A DNA stretch of 64,000 nucleotides. Source: an uncultured Acidobacteriota bacterium (GTDB lineage: Bacteria; Acidobacteriota; Vicinamibacteria; Vicinamibacterales; Fen-181). Below are positions 27,983 through 37,044 of the stretch, one piece after another (position 1 is the first letter of the stretch; every line of letters begins with the position of its first letter). A model generated the notes under the pieces. The model saw only the letters and a program-made list of their open reading frames with translations, searched no databases and was not told the origin of the DNA. Made by a program: the position numbers and the translations under genes. The stretch covers positions 118,056 to 182,055 of the forward strand of contig CAWEZL010000001.1 of assembly GCA_963813585.1 (NCBI GenBank), given 5' to 3'.

Positions 27983-28020
27983 GACTGGCGTGAGAAATGG
28001 GGCCTGGCCCCATTTCGGGC
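27983..28020. repeat. 38-nt palindromic repeat, copy 2
   Basis: gactggcGtgagaaatggggcctggccccatttcgggc; near-identical to 27884-27922. Lies 45 nt upstream of sucA. Confidence 0.6.
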
Positions 28021-28065
28021 TAGACTGTCAGGCGGGATTCCCTCTTGCACAGGACCAGGTGAGCG

Positions 28066-30582
28066 ATGCCGCAGCACCAGGACGTCGAGCTGATGGACCA
28101 GGACCCGGCGGCCGGATCCGCGAGAACCGGCGACGAGGGGATCCTCGACGCGTTCCGCCGCTGGGGGTATCTCGAGGCGAACCTCGACCCGCTGGGCTTC
28201 CTCCGGCCACAGCCCCGCCCCGAGCTGGCGGGCGACAGCGAGGCGGCCAGGCGCGGACGCGCCTGGTACAGCGGCTCGATCGGCGTCGAGTACATGCACA
28301 TCCCCGACCCCGAGCGCAGGCGCTGGGTGCAGGAGCGGATGGAGCGGCCGGCGCCCGAGGTCGACCGCGCGGCGATCGTCGACCGCCTGCTGCGCGCCGA
28401 GACGTTCGAGGTCGTCCTGCACGGCCGCTACCCCGGCTCGAAGCGGTTCTCGCTCGAGGGGGTGACCGCGCTGATCCCGCTCCTCGACGAGGTGCTCGAG
28501 ACCGGGGCGGGCCTGGGGCTGCGCGAGGCGCTCATCGGCATGAGCCACCGCGGCCGCCTCAACGTCATGGTCCACATCGTCGGGCGGCCGGCACGAGATG
28601 TCTACGCGGGGTTCGAGGACCCCGACCCGAAGAGCGTGCTCGGCAGCGGCGACGTGAAGTACCACATGGGGGCGACCGGGACCTACCGGACGCGAGGGGG
28701 CACCGAGCTGCGGGTGAAGCTCGTGTCGAATCCCAGCCACCTCGAGGCGGTGTACCCGGTCGCGCTCGGTCGGGCTCGAGCGCGGCAGTCGCGCGAAGGC
28801 GACGGGGCGACCCATCGGATCATGCCAATCGTCCTGCACGGCGACGCCGCGTTCGCCGGCCAGGGGGTCACCGCCGAGGCGCTGAACCTGGCCGACCTTC
28901 CCGGCTACTCCGTGGGCGGCGCCGTCCACGTGGTCGTCAACAACCTGCTCGGGTTCACGACGCCCGACCGCGAGCTGCACGCCTCGCCGTTCGCCACCGA
29001 TCTCGCGCGGCGCCTGCCGATCCCGATCTTCCACGTGAACGGGGAAGATCTGGACGCGGTCGTCCGCGTCGCGCGGCTCGCCGTCGAGTTCCGCTACGCC
29101 TTCGGCACCGACGCCGTGATCGACATGGTGGGCTACCGGCGGCACGGCCACAGCGAGGTGGACGACCCGACGATCACGCAGCCCCTGATGTACAAGGCGA
29201 TCAAGGCCCACCCCGCACTCTGGGAGGTCTACGCCCGGCGGGCCGGCCTGGAAGTCGGCGAGGCCCCCACCCGCGTCCGCAACGAGTACAACCGCGCGCA
29301 GGAGGAAGCGAAGAAGTTCGACGCGCGGGTGGCGCTCGCGCAGCTTCCCGACTACTGGGCGCCGTATCACGGCGGCTGCCACAACAAGGAGTACGAGCTC
29401 GACACCGGCGTCCCCCTCGACGCCCTGCGCGCGCTGACGGCGAAGCTGACATCGTGGCCGGAGGACTTCCACATCCACCCGAAGGTGCGGAAGCTGCTCG
29501 AGCAGCGGGCCGCGATGGTCGAGGGGAAACACCGGCTGGACTACGGCATGGCCGAGGCGCTGGCGTTCGGCACGCTGCTGGCCGAGGGCTACCGCGTGCG
29601 GCTGACGGGCCAGGACAGCGAGCGCGGCACGTTCAACCAGCGGCACGCCGTCCTGATCGACGTGGAGACCGAGCGGAAGTACATGCCGCTCGCGCACGTC
29701 GCGCCGGGGCAGGGAGGCTGCGAGATCTACAACTCGACCCTCTCGGAGGCCGCGGTCCTCGGCTACGAGTACGGCTTCAGCCGCGACTACCCGGAGGCGC
29801 TCGTCCTGTGGGAGGCGCAGTTCGGCGATTTCGCCAACAACGGCCAGGTCATCATCGACCAGTTCCTGAGCGCCGGCGAGGACAAGTGGGGCCTCCTGTC
29901 GGGGCTCGTGCTGCTGCTCCCGCACGGCTACGAGGGGCAGGGGCCCGAGCACTCGAGCGCCCGCATCGAGCGGTTCCTGCAGCTGGCGGCCGAGGACAAC
30001 ATCCAGGTCTGCCAGCCCTCGACCGCGGGGCAGTACTTCCACCTGCTGCGCCGGCAGGCCCTGCGCAAGTGGCGCAAGCCGCTGGTGGTCTTCACGCCGA
30101 AGAGCATGCTGCGCCACGCTTCGTCCTCTTCGCCCGTCGAGGAGCTGACGCGAGGGCGCTTCCACACCGTCCTCGAGGACGACGTGGTCAGGTCGGGGGC
30201 GCGCCGGGTGCTGGTCGGCGCCGGGAAGATCCTCCACGAGCTGCGAGCCGAGCGCGAGCGGCGCGGCGACACGACGACGGCGATCCTCGGCCTCGAGCAG
30301 ATCTACCCGTTCCCGACGACGCCGCTGTCGGCCGCGCTGGCCCGGCACCCCGACGCCCGCGAGGTGGCCTGGGTGCAGGAGGAGCCGAAGAACAACGGCG
30401 CCCACTTCTACGTCGTGCCGCGACTGCGCGCGATCGTGCGGCACAAGGGGGTGCGGTCGGTGAAGCGGCGGGCGTCGGCCAGCCCGGCGACCGGCTCGGG
30501 CAAGGCACACCTGCTCGAGCAGCAGGCGCTGCTGGCGCTCGCCTTCGCCTCGAGCGGGGAGACGGACGAGCAGCCTCGTTGA
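28066..30582 (+). CDS. sucA: 2-oxoglutarate dehydrogenase E1 component (short form)
   Basis: ThDP-binding signature GMSHRGRLNVMVHIVGRPARDVYAGFED. ...HGDAAFAGQG. Transketolase-like C-terminal domains. 838 aa. Confidence 0.9.
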   Translation: MPQHQDVELMDQDPAAGSARTGDEGILDAFRRWGYLEANLDPLGFLRPQPRPELAGDSEAARRGRAWYSGSIGVEYMHIPDPERRRWVQERMERPAPEVDRAAIVDRLLRAETFEVVLHGRYPGSKRFSLEGVTALIPLLDEVLETGAGLGLREALIGMSHRGRLNVMVHIVGRPARDVYAGFEDPDPKSVLGSGDVKYHMGATGTYRTRGGTELRVKLVSNPSHLEAVYPVALGRARARQSREGDGATHRIMPIVLHGDAAFAGQGVTAEALNLADLPGYSVGGAVHVVVNNLLGFTTPDRELHASPFATDLARRLPIPIFHVNGEDLDAVVRVARLAVEFRYAFGTDAVIDMVGYRRHGHSEVDDPTITQPLMYKAIKAHPALWEVYARRAGLEVGEAPTRVRNEYNRAQEEAKKFDARVALAQLPDYWAPYHGGCHNKEYELDTGVPLDALRALTAKLTSWPEDFHIHPKVRKLLEQRAAMVEGKHRLDYGMAEALAFGTLLAEGYRVRLTGQDSERGTFNQRHAVLIDVETERKYMPLAHVAPGQGGCEIYNSTLSEAAVLGYEYGFSRDYPEALVLWEAQFGDFANNGQVIIDQFLSAGEDKWGLLSGLVLLLPHGYEGQGPEHSSARIERFLQLAAEDNIQVCQPSTAGQYFHLLRRQALRKWRKPLVVFTPKSMLRHASSSSPVEELTRGRFHTVLEDDVVRSGARRVLVGAGKILHELRAERERRGDTTTAILGLEQIYPFPTTPLSAALARHPDAREVAWVQEEPKNNGAHFYVVPRLRAIVRHKGVRSVKRRASASPATGSGKAHLLEQQALLALAFASSGETDEQPR

Positions 30583-30628
30583 CTTTGCCCGGCGGGTTCC
30601 CTAGAGTCAGGCCAACCGAGGAGGCCGG

Positions 30629-31192
30629 ATGCCGGCATGGCTTGAAGTGTCACAGTTCACCGTGTTCCTCGCGCTGGCGGCGGCCGGCTTCACGGTGCTG
30701 CTGGTCTCGCTCGTCTTCGGTGAGCTGTTCGACCACGTCGGGTTCGACCACGACGCCGATCACGATCTCGGGCACGGCGGCCCGAGCTTTCTCAGCGCCC
30801 GGGTGATGAGCGTTTTCGTCACGACCTTCGGCGGGGCGGGCGCCCTCGCGACCTACTACGGCCTCTCGCCGCTGCCCGCCTCGCTCACGGGGTTCCTGAC
30901 CGGCATCTTCTTCGCGTCGCTCATCTACACGTTCGCCCGGTTCCTCTACGGGCAGCAGGCCAGCTCCGAGGTGCGCGGGTCCGAGCTCGCCGGCCGCCAC
31001 GGCCGCGTGATCGTCGCGATCCCGGCGGGCGGCGTCGGCCAGGTGCGCTGCCAGGTCGGCGAGGATCTGGTGGACAAGATCGCCCGCTCGTCGGACGGCC
31101 TCGCGCTCCCCGAGAACACTGGCGTCGTCATTGTCGAGATGCTCGGCGAAATGGTGGTGGTGTCGGCGGCGCCGGCAGTCAAGCAGGGCTGA
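30629..31192 (+). CDS. NfeD-family membrane protein (OB-fold, flotillin-associated)
   Basis: N-terminal TM helices plus C-terminal OB-fold (RGSELAGRHGRVIVAIPAGGVGQVRCQVGEDLVDKIARSSD). Lies immediately upstream of the flotillin gene. Confidence 0.75.
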   Translation: MPAWLEVSQFTVFLALAAAGFTVLLVSLVFGELFDHVGFDHDADHDLGHGGPSFLSARVMSVFVTTFGGAGALATYYGLSPLPASLTGFLTGIFFASLIYTFARFLYGQQASSEVRGSELAGRHGRVIVAIPAGGVGQVRCQVGEDLVDKIARSSDGLALPENTGVVIVEMLGEMVVVSAAPAVKQG

Positions 31193-31219
31193 AGCCCTGC
31201 TCTACGGGAGACGTGAACC

Positions 31220-32782
31220 ATGCTGGGCGAGATCCTGCTGATCCCGATCGTCGTCGTCGTCGTGGCGCTCTCGGTGCTGATCGCGGGGCTGCTCTTCAGC
31301 CGCAACTACATCAAGGTTTCGCCCAACGTGGTCGCCGTGCTGAGCGGGCGCAAGCGCAAGCTCCCGGACGGGCGCGTGGTGGGCTACCGGATGGTGAAGG
31401 GGGGCGCGGCGCTCCGCATCCCGCTGCTCGAGAAAGTCGAGTACCTCTGGCTGAACGTGATGACGATCCCGCTGGAGATCCGGCGGGCGTACACGCTGAA
31501 GGGCGTGCCGGTCTCGGTGAAGGCGGTGGCCAACGTGAAGATCCGCAGCGACGACACGTCGCTGCAGGCGGCCGCCGAGCGCTTCCTGGGCATGACGCAC
31601 GACCAGATCCAGCAGGTGATCTTCCAGACGCTCGAGGGGCACCTCCGGTCGATCCTCGGCACGCTGACGGTCGAGGAGATCAACAACGACCGCCAGAGCT
31701 TCGCGCAGAAGCTGACCAGCGAGGCGGCGGCCGACCTCGAGAAGATGGGCCTCGGCGTGGACGTCCTGACGATCCAGGAGATCAGCGACGAGGAGGAGTA
31801 CCTCAACGCCCTCGGCAAGCGGCGCACCGCCGAGGTGAAGCGCGACGCGACGATCGGCGAGGCCGAGGCGACGCGCGACGCCAAGATCAAGTCGGCCGTC
31901 GCCCTCCAGGAGGGCGAAAAGGCGCGCTTCGCGGCCGAGGCCGAGATCGCGCTGGCGCAGCGCGACTTCATGGTCCGGCAGGCGCAGTACCAGGCCGAGG
32001 TCGAGACGCAGAAGGCGACCGCCGCGCAGGCCGGCCCGCTGTCCCAGGCCAAGGCGCGCCAGGGGGTCGTCGCCGAAGAGGTGAAGGTCGAGCGCCAGCG
32101 CACGCAGGAGCTGATCTCGGTCCAGGAGCAGGAGGTCCTGCGCAGGCAGAAGGAGCTCGAGGCGACGGTCATCAAGCCGGCCGAGGCCGAGCGGCAGGCG
32201 GCCATCGTGCGAGCCGAGGCGACCAAGCAGGCCTCGGTGCTCGAAGCCGAAGGGCGCCGCGCCGCGCTCATCGCCCTGGCCGAGGCGGAACAGGAGAAGC
32301 TGCGGAAGGAGGGCATCGGCCGCGCTGCCGCGGTCGAGGCGGAAGGCCTCGCCGAGGCGGCGAAGATCGAGGCGGTCGGCCTGGCGCAGGCGAAGGCGAT
32401 CGAGGCCCAGGGCGTCGCCGAGGCGACGGCCATCCTCCGCAAGGCCGAGGCCTGGCAGCAGTTCAACGACGCGGCGAAGCTCCAGACCATCCTCGAGAAG
32501 CTTCCCGCGATCATCGAGGCGTCCTCCGGCGTGTTCGGCGCGGTGGCGGCGCCGCTCGGCAACATCGACAAGCTCGTCGTGATCGACCAGGGCGCCGCAG
32601 GCAACGGCGCCGCGACCGGCATGGAGCGGCTCGCGCGGGTGAGCCCCGCGCTCGTCTTCAACCTCCTGCAGCAGCTGCAGGCGCTCGGCCTCGACGTGCC
32701 GACCGTGCTGCAGCAGCTGGGGGTGCGACCGGCGGCCGTCTCGCCGGCGCCCGCGGGCCCGACCGTGCTGCCGCCCGCGTGA
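31220..32782 (+). CDS. flotillin-like SPFH/band-7 protein
   Basis: N-terminal TM, SPFH domain, long EA-rich coiled-coil flotillin region (AEAEIALAQRD...AEAERQAAIVRAEA...). 520 aa. Confidence 0.85.
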   Translation: MLGEILLIPIVVVVVALSVLIAGLLFSRNYIKVSPNVVAVLSGRKRKLPDGRVVGYRMVKGGAALRIPLLEKVEYLWLNVMTIPLEIRRAYTLKGVPVSVKAVANVKIRSDDTSLQAAAERFLGMTHDQIQQVIFQTLEGHLRSILGTLTVEEINNDRQSFAQKLTSEAAADLEKMGLGVDVLTIQEISDEEEYLNALGKRRTAEVKRDATIGEAEATRDAKIKSAVALQEGEKARFAAEAEIALAQRDFMVRQAQYQAEVETQKATAAQAGPLSQAKARQGVVAEEVKVERQRTQELISVQEQEVLRRQKELEATVIKPAEAERQAAIVRAEATKQASVLEAEGRRAALIALAEAEQEKLRKEGIGRAAAVEAEGLAEAAKIEAVGLAQAKAIEAQGVAEATAILRKAEAWQQFNDAAKLQTILEKLPAIIEASSGVFGAVAAPLGNIDKLVVIDQGAAGNGAATGMERLARVSPALVFNLLQQLQALGLDVPTVLQQLGVRPAAVSPAPAGPTVLPPA

Positions 32783-32806
32783 AGACCGGGGGCCGGGGCC
32801 AGGGAG

Positions 32807-34540
32807 CTAGGGGCCGCCCTCGATCCGCACGCGCAGCGCACGGATCTCGTGCGCGAGGGATTCCAGCTCCGCCTGCATCGCGGTGAGCTTCGCGTGCTCG
32901 GCGCGCACGAAGCGCGAGTAGGGCGCGATCGCCTCCTCGACCCGCTGCCGCCCGCGCGCCATCTCGCGCTCGAACTCCGTCCGGAGCGCGCGCACCAGGT
33001 TCTGGCGGAGCGCGGTCACCTTCGCGCGCATCTCCTCCTTCGCACGCCTGCGCCGCGCCGGCAGGATGAAGAAGCCGATCGCCGCCAGCACCCCCGCCAT
33101 CAGGATGCCGGTCACGTCGGCCGCCGCGCTCGTGGCCGCCAGCGAGACGACGGTGCCCAGCCCCAGCGCGCCCGCGCCGACGGCGGCCGAGGCGGCGACC
33201 GCGTTGCGCGCGCCGTCGGCCAGCTCCTGGGCCTCGCGAGCCTTGTCGTAGCCCTCGACCACGCGCTGCGCCTCGCGGCCAACCGAGTCGATCAGGCGCG
33301 AGCGGTCGGCGTGGAACGCCGTCGAGGCCGGGTCGCCGAGAATGCGATCCCGGTGCTGCCGGCGCCGCTCCGCCAGCTGCTCCGTGACCGCCTGCCACTG
33401 CCGGAAGTCGGCGTTCACCAGCCAGTCGATCAGCTCCCCGACCTTCCGCTCGACGAGCTGCGGTGCGTCGGCCACCACCTCGCGCCCGAACGCCTGCTCG
33501 ATGCGGCTGCGGTTCAGGAGGTCGAGCACGCGCCCGATCCGCAGCGTGTCGTCGAAGTACCGGTGGCCGCGCTGCTCCATGTCCACCAGCGTCTTCTCGA
33601 TGTCCGCCATCCGGAACGCGACGTCGCGCGCCATGTCGGCGCGGTACACCTCGAGCTGCCGGTCCACCTCCCCCAGCGCCTCGAGGTCGTCCTGCAGCAG
33701 CGCAAGGCGCGAGGCCGCCTGGGCCTGCTGCGCCTCGAGCAGGTGCGCCGCCACGCCGAGCGGGCTCAGCAGCTTCAGGCGCAGCCGGCTCTCTTCGTCG
33801 AGCGTCTCCGTCACGTAGCGCTCGAGCGCCTCGAAGCGGCTGCCGCCCCACAGCCGCGGCTCGCCGAGCTTCGCCCGCAGCGCCAGGCGGGCGCTCACCG
33901 GGAAGACCTCCGGGGTGCTCCCGAGCAGCTCGGTGGCGTGACGCGCGACGAACGCCCGGACCTCGACCACCTCCTCCTCGCGCTCGAGGATGTCCACCTT
34001 GTTGATGACCACCACGACCTTCTTGCCCCAGTCGCGGATTCGCTCGAGGAAGACGCGCTCGGTCTCGGTGAACGGCCGGTCGGCCGACGTCACGAACAGC
34101 ACGAGGTCGGCCCGCGGCACGAAGCGCGCGGTGATCACCTCGTGCTCGCGCATGATGGCGTTGGTCCCCGGCGTGTCCACGATCTGGATGTCGCGCAGCA
34201 TCTCGACCGGCGCCGTGACCGCGTAGAAGTGTTCCTCGACGGGCACCCGGGCGATCTGTTCGCCGTAGCGCAGCACCTCGACCTCGGTGGTCGTCGGGGT
34301 CACTCCCTCCTTCAGCACCTCCGCGCCGAGCAGCGCATTGACGAAGGCGCTCTTGCCGGCATTGAACTCGCCCACCACGACCAGCAGGAACAGCTCGTCG
34401 AGCTGCGCAATCGACCGCTCGAGCGTCCGCTCGCCCTCGGGGTCCGCACCGTGCCGCGCCAGCGTGGCGCGCAGGTCGCCGAGGACGCGCCGCTCCTCCC
34501 TCAGTACCGCGTCGCGCTCGGGCGTGAGGATTCGCTTCAT
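32807..34540 (-). CDS. bacterial dynamin-like GTPase
   Basis: G1 GEFNAGKSAFVNALLG, G3 DTPGTN, G4 NKVD. Long helical stalk and a predicted membrane-insertion paddle (VGAGALGLGTVVSLAATSAAADVTGILMAGVLAAIGFFIL). Start ATG 34540 lies 21 nt after the FAAL stop. Confidence 0.8.
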   Translation of the reverse strand: MKRILTPERDAVLREERRVLGDLRATLARHGADPEGERTLERSIAQLDELFLLVVVGEFNAGKSAFVNALLGAEVLKEGVTPTTTEVEVLRYGEQIARVPVEEHFYAVTAPVEMLRDIQIVDTPGTNAIMREHEVITARFVPRADLVLFVTSADRPFTETERVFLERIRDWGKKVVVVINKVDILEREEEVVEVRAFVARHATELLGSTPEVFPVSARLALRAKLGEPRLWGGSRFEALERYVTETLDEESRLRLKLLSPLGVAAHLLEAQQAQAASRLALLQDDLEALGEVDRQLEVYRADMARDVAFRMADIEKTLVDMEQRGHRYFDDTLRIGRVLDLLNRSRIEQAFGREVVADAPQLVERKVGELIDWLVNADFRQWQAVTEQLAERRRQHRDRILGDPASTAFHADRSRLIDSVGREAQRVVEGYDKAREAQELADGARNAVAASAAVGAGALGLGTVVSLAATSAAADVTGILMAGVLAAIGFFILPARRRRAKEEMRAKVTALRQNLVRALRTEFEREMARGRQRVEEAIAPYSRFVRAEHAKLTAMQAELESLAHEIRALRVRIEGGP

Positions 34541-34559
34541 AGGGGTTCGCAATGGATGT

Positions 34560-36317
34560 TCAACGCTTCCCTGCCAGCCTCGCTCGAAGGAAAGCCCAGG
34601 CCGACCGGGTGATGGCGCCGGCCACCCGCGGCGCCGTCACGGGCGCCGGCGGCCGCAAGGCACCGGACCGGTGCTGCCGGAGGGCCGCCGTGCGACGCAG
34701 TTTACCCGATGAGGTGCGCGGCAGCGTGCCCGCCGTCAGGACGACGACCTCGTCGGGCACCAGGGCCGTTCGCTCGACGATGGCGATCGAGCACGCGGCG
34801 GCGATCGCCGCGAACCCGCTGGCGGGGGTCCCCCGCGTCGCCTCGACCAGCACCATCAGCCGCTCGCCGTCCGCACCCTCGGGCAGCCAGCTGACCGCGA
34901 CCACGCACCCGGCGCGCACACCCGGCACCCCCTCGACCGCCAGCTCGACCTCGACCGGGTCGTGGTTGCGCCCCCTCAGGAGCAGGATCTCGCGCAGCCG
35001 CCCCGCCAAGTACAGGTCGCCCCGCCAGGTGAAGCCGAGGTCGCCGGTCCGGAGCCAGCCATCGCGCCACGCGTCCGAGGTCGCCTCCGGCTTCCCGTAG
35101 TATCCCTCCATCGTCGATGGCCCGCGGCACTCGACCTCGCCGACGAACCCCTCGGACAGGGCGCGCCCGTCCTCTCCGGCGATGCGGATCTCGACGCCTG
35201 GGATGGGCCGGCCGACCGAGACGATCTCCCTCCCCTCGTCGACTGGCCGCGCCACCCCGTCCAACTCGAGGGCGTCGCGGTCGAAGCGGCACGATCTGAA
35301 CCCGAGGCCCGGCTCGCTGAACGTGACGGCCAGCGACGCCTCGGAGAGACCGTAGACGGGCGTCAGCGCCCGCTCCTCGAACCCCCAGCGGGCGAAGCGA
35401 CTCGCAAACCGCCGCAACACGTCCGGGACGACCGTCTCGGCGCCGCACAGCGCCACGCGCCACGCCGACAGGTCCACGCCGTCCAGATCCTCGTCGCGGA
35501 CCCTCGCGGCCGCCAGGCTGTAGGCGAAGGTGGGCGCCGGCGAGATGGTCGCACGGTAGGTGGAGACAGCGCGCAGCCAGACGGCCGGTGATGCGACGAA
35601 CGCCTCCGGCGGGATCAGGGTGATGGTCCCGGGCCTCTCGAGCGCGGGGAACAGGCAGCCGATGAGCCCCATGTCGTGGTAGAGCGGAAGCCAGCTCACC
35701 CCGGAGTGGACGACGCCCTCGCCGTCGGGCCAGAAGGCGTTCAGCGCGATCGCCTGGCTCACGACGGCGCGGTGGGACAGCGCCACCGGGTGCGGGTCGC
35801 GCGTCGTCCCGGAGGAGAACTGGATCAGCGCAAGGTCGCAGGGGGCGGGAACGCGGGCGGGTGCCTCGCCGGCCGGGAGGTCGTCCGGCGTCAGGCAGCC
35901 GAGCGGTGGACGCCCTCGCCGGGTGGCTTCCCCCAGCAGCCTTCGCACGCCCCGGTCCGCGAGGATCATCCGCGCCTGGACGGCCTCGAGCAGGCGCGCC
36001 GCCTGGGCGTGGTACTCGTCCAGTCGCCCGAGGCGTACCGGCGGGTACATCGGGACGGGCACCGCCCCGGCCGCAATGGCGCCGAAGAAGGACTCGATGA
36101 AGGGCGCCCCCGTCGGAAAGATCAGCGCGACCCGATCGCCCGGCGCCACGCCCGCGGCCCGAAGACCGCCAGCCACCGCGAGCGACCTGCGCCAGACCTC
36201 GGCCCACGGCAGCCACACCGCGGGCGCGCCGCCCCGGCCCAGCACGCGCACGCCGGTTGTCGCGCTGTCCGCCGCCCGGCGCAGCAGGTCAACGAGCGTC
36301 GGGACTTCGCCCTGCAC
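34560..36317 (-). CDS. fatty acyl-AMP ligase (FAAL; AMP-binding superfamily)
   Basis: AMP-binding motifs: IQFSSGTTRDPHPVALSH, YGLSEA, TGDLG..., ...SSGKLRR. Confidence 0.85.
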   Translation of the reverse strand: MQGEVPTLVDLLRRAADSATTGVRVLGRGGAPAVWLPWAEVWRRSLAVAGGLRAAGVAPGDRVALIFPTGAPFIESFFGAIAAGAVPVPMYPPVRLGRLDEYHAQAARLLEAVQARMILADRGVRRLLGEATRRGRPPLGCLTPDDLPAGEAPARVPAPCDLALIQFSSGTTRDPHPVALSHRAVVSQAIALNAFWPDGEGVVHSGVSWLPLYHDMGLIGCLFPALERPGTITLIPPEAFVASPAVWLRAVSTYRATISPAPTFAYSLAAARVRDEDLDGVDLSAWRVALCGAETVVPDVLRRFASRFARWGFEERALTPVYGLSEASLAVTFSEPGLGFRSCRFDRDALELDGVARPVDEGREIVSVGRPIPGVEIRIAGEDGRALSEGFVGEVECRGPSTMEGYYGKPEATSDAWRDGWLRTGDLGFTWRGDLYLAGRLREILLLRGRNHDPVEVELAVEGVPGVRAGCVVAVSWLPEGADGERLMVLVEATRGTPASGFAAIAAACSIAIVERTALVPDEVVVLTAGTLPRTSSGKLRRTAALRQHRSGALRPPAPVTAPRVAGAITRSAWAFLRARLAGKR

Positions 36318-37044
36318 GCTTCCTCCGGATCATCGACACCAGGTCGCCCACCGTCTCGAGGCTGGCCTCGTCGTCGAGCGCCACCCGGAAGCGGCTCTCG
36401 ATCTCGACGATCAGGGTCAGTTGACGGAGCGAGTCGAGCGCGAGCGCGGCCGCCAGCGGCATGTCCCGCGACAGCGCGCCGTTCCAGCCCAGGTGCGTCC
36501 GGGCGACCTCGGCCACGCCGGCCAGGATCTCCGATTCCTCGAGCAGCCGCTCCTCGGCGGGGATGCGCACGCGCGTGAGCAGCAGCGCGTTCGCGAGGCT
36601 GAAGACCAGTGCCGTGAGCCAGGCCGTGTGGACGAGCGGCAGGGCCGCGATCTCCACAGCCACGGCCATGTAGTTGGGGTGGCGAACCCAGCGAAAGGGA
36701 CCGGACCTGACGGTCGGGTCGCCCGGCACGTAGAGGACGCGCGTGGTCCAGCGGCCCTGGAGCGCGTGGATCACCCAGTACCGCGCCCCCTGCGACGCCA
36801 GCACCAGGCCGAGCATGGGGATGCCGACCGCCGGGATCCACGGACGATCGAACCGCCAGACCTCGAGGGGGCATGCGGCGAGGAACGCCCCGTGCAGAGC
36901 CACCATCGCCGGGTAGTGCGAGCGCCCGGCCTCGATGGCACCGCGGGCGCGCGCCCGCCTCGCGTTGCGGGCCGAGATGACGAGTTCGATCACCCGCTCG
37001 ACGGCGACGGCGGCCACGAGCCAGGCGTAGGCCCCTACCCCCAT
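36289..37044 (-). CDS. isoprenylcysteine-carboxyl-methyltransferase-family (ICMT) membrane methyltransferase fused in frame to an acyl-carrier-protein-like domain
   Basis: ICMT motifs RSGPFRWVRHPNYMAV...EE. C-terminal ~75 aa ACP-like with DSL phosphopantetheine-site motif (LAAALALDSLRQLTLIVEIESRFRV). No stop or start between the two parts. Confidence 0.7.
   Translation of the reverse strand: MGVGAYAWLVAAVAVERVIELVISARNARRARARGAIEAGRSHYPAMVALHGAFLAACPLEVWRFDRPWIPAVGIPMLGLVLASQGARYWVIHALQGRWTTRVLYVPGDPTVRSGPFRWVRHPNYMAVAVEIAALPLVHTAWLTALVFSLANALLLTRVRIPAEERLLEESEILAGVAEVARTHLGWNGALSRDMPLAAALALDSLRQLTLIVEIESRFRVALDDEASLETVGDLVSMIRRKRAGRSPDAR

Noticed and set aside
27801-28013. 70-aa ORF with repeated MGPGPISHAS peptide
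   Set aside because: It is produced by translating the two copies of the 38-nt palindromic repeat. It has no start context and is an artefact of the repeat.
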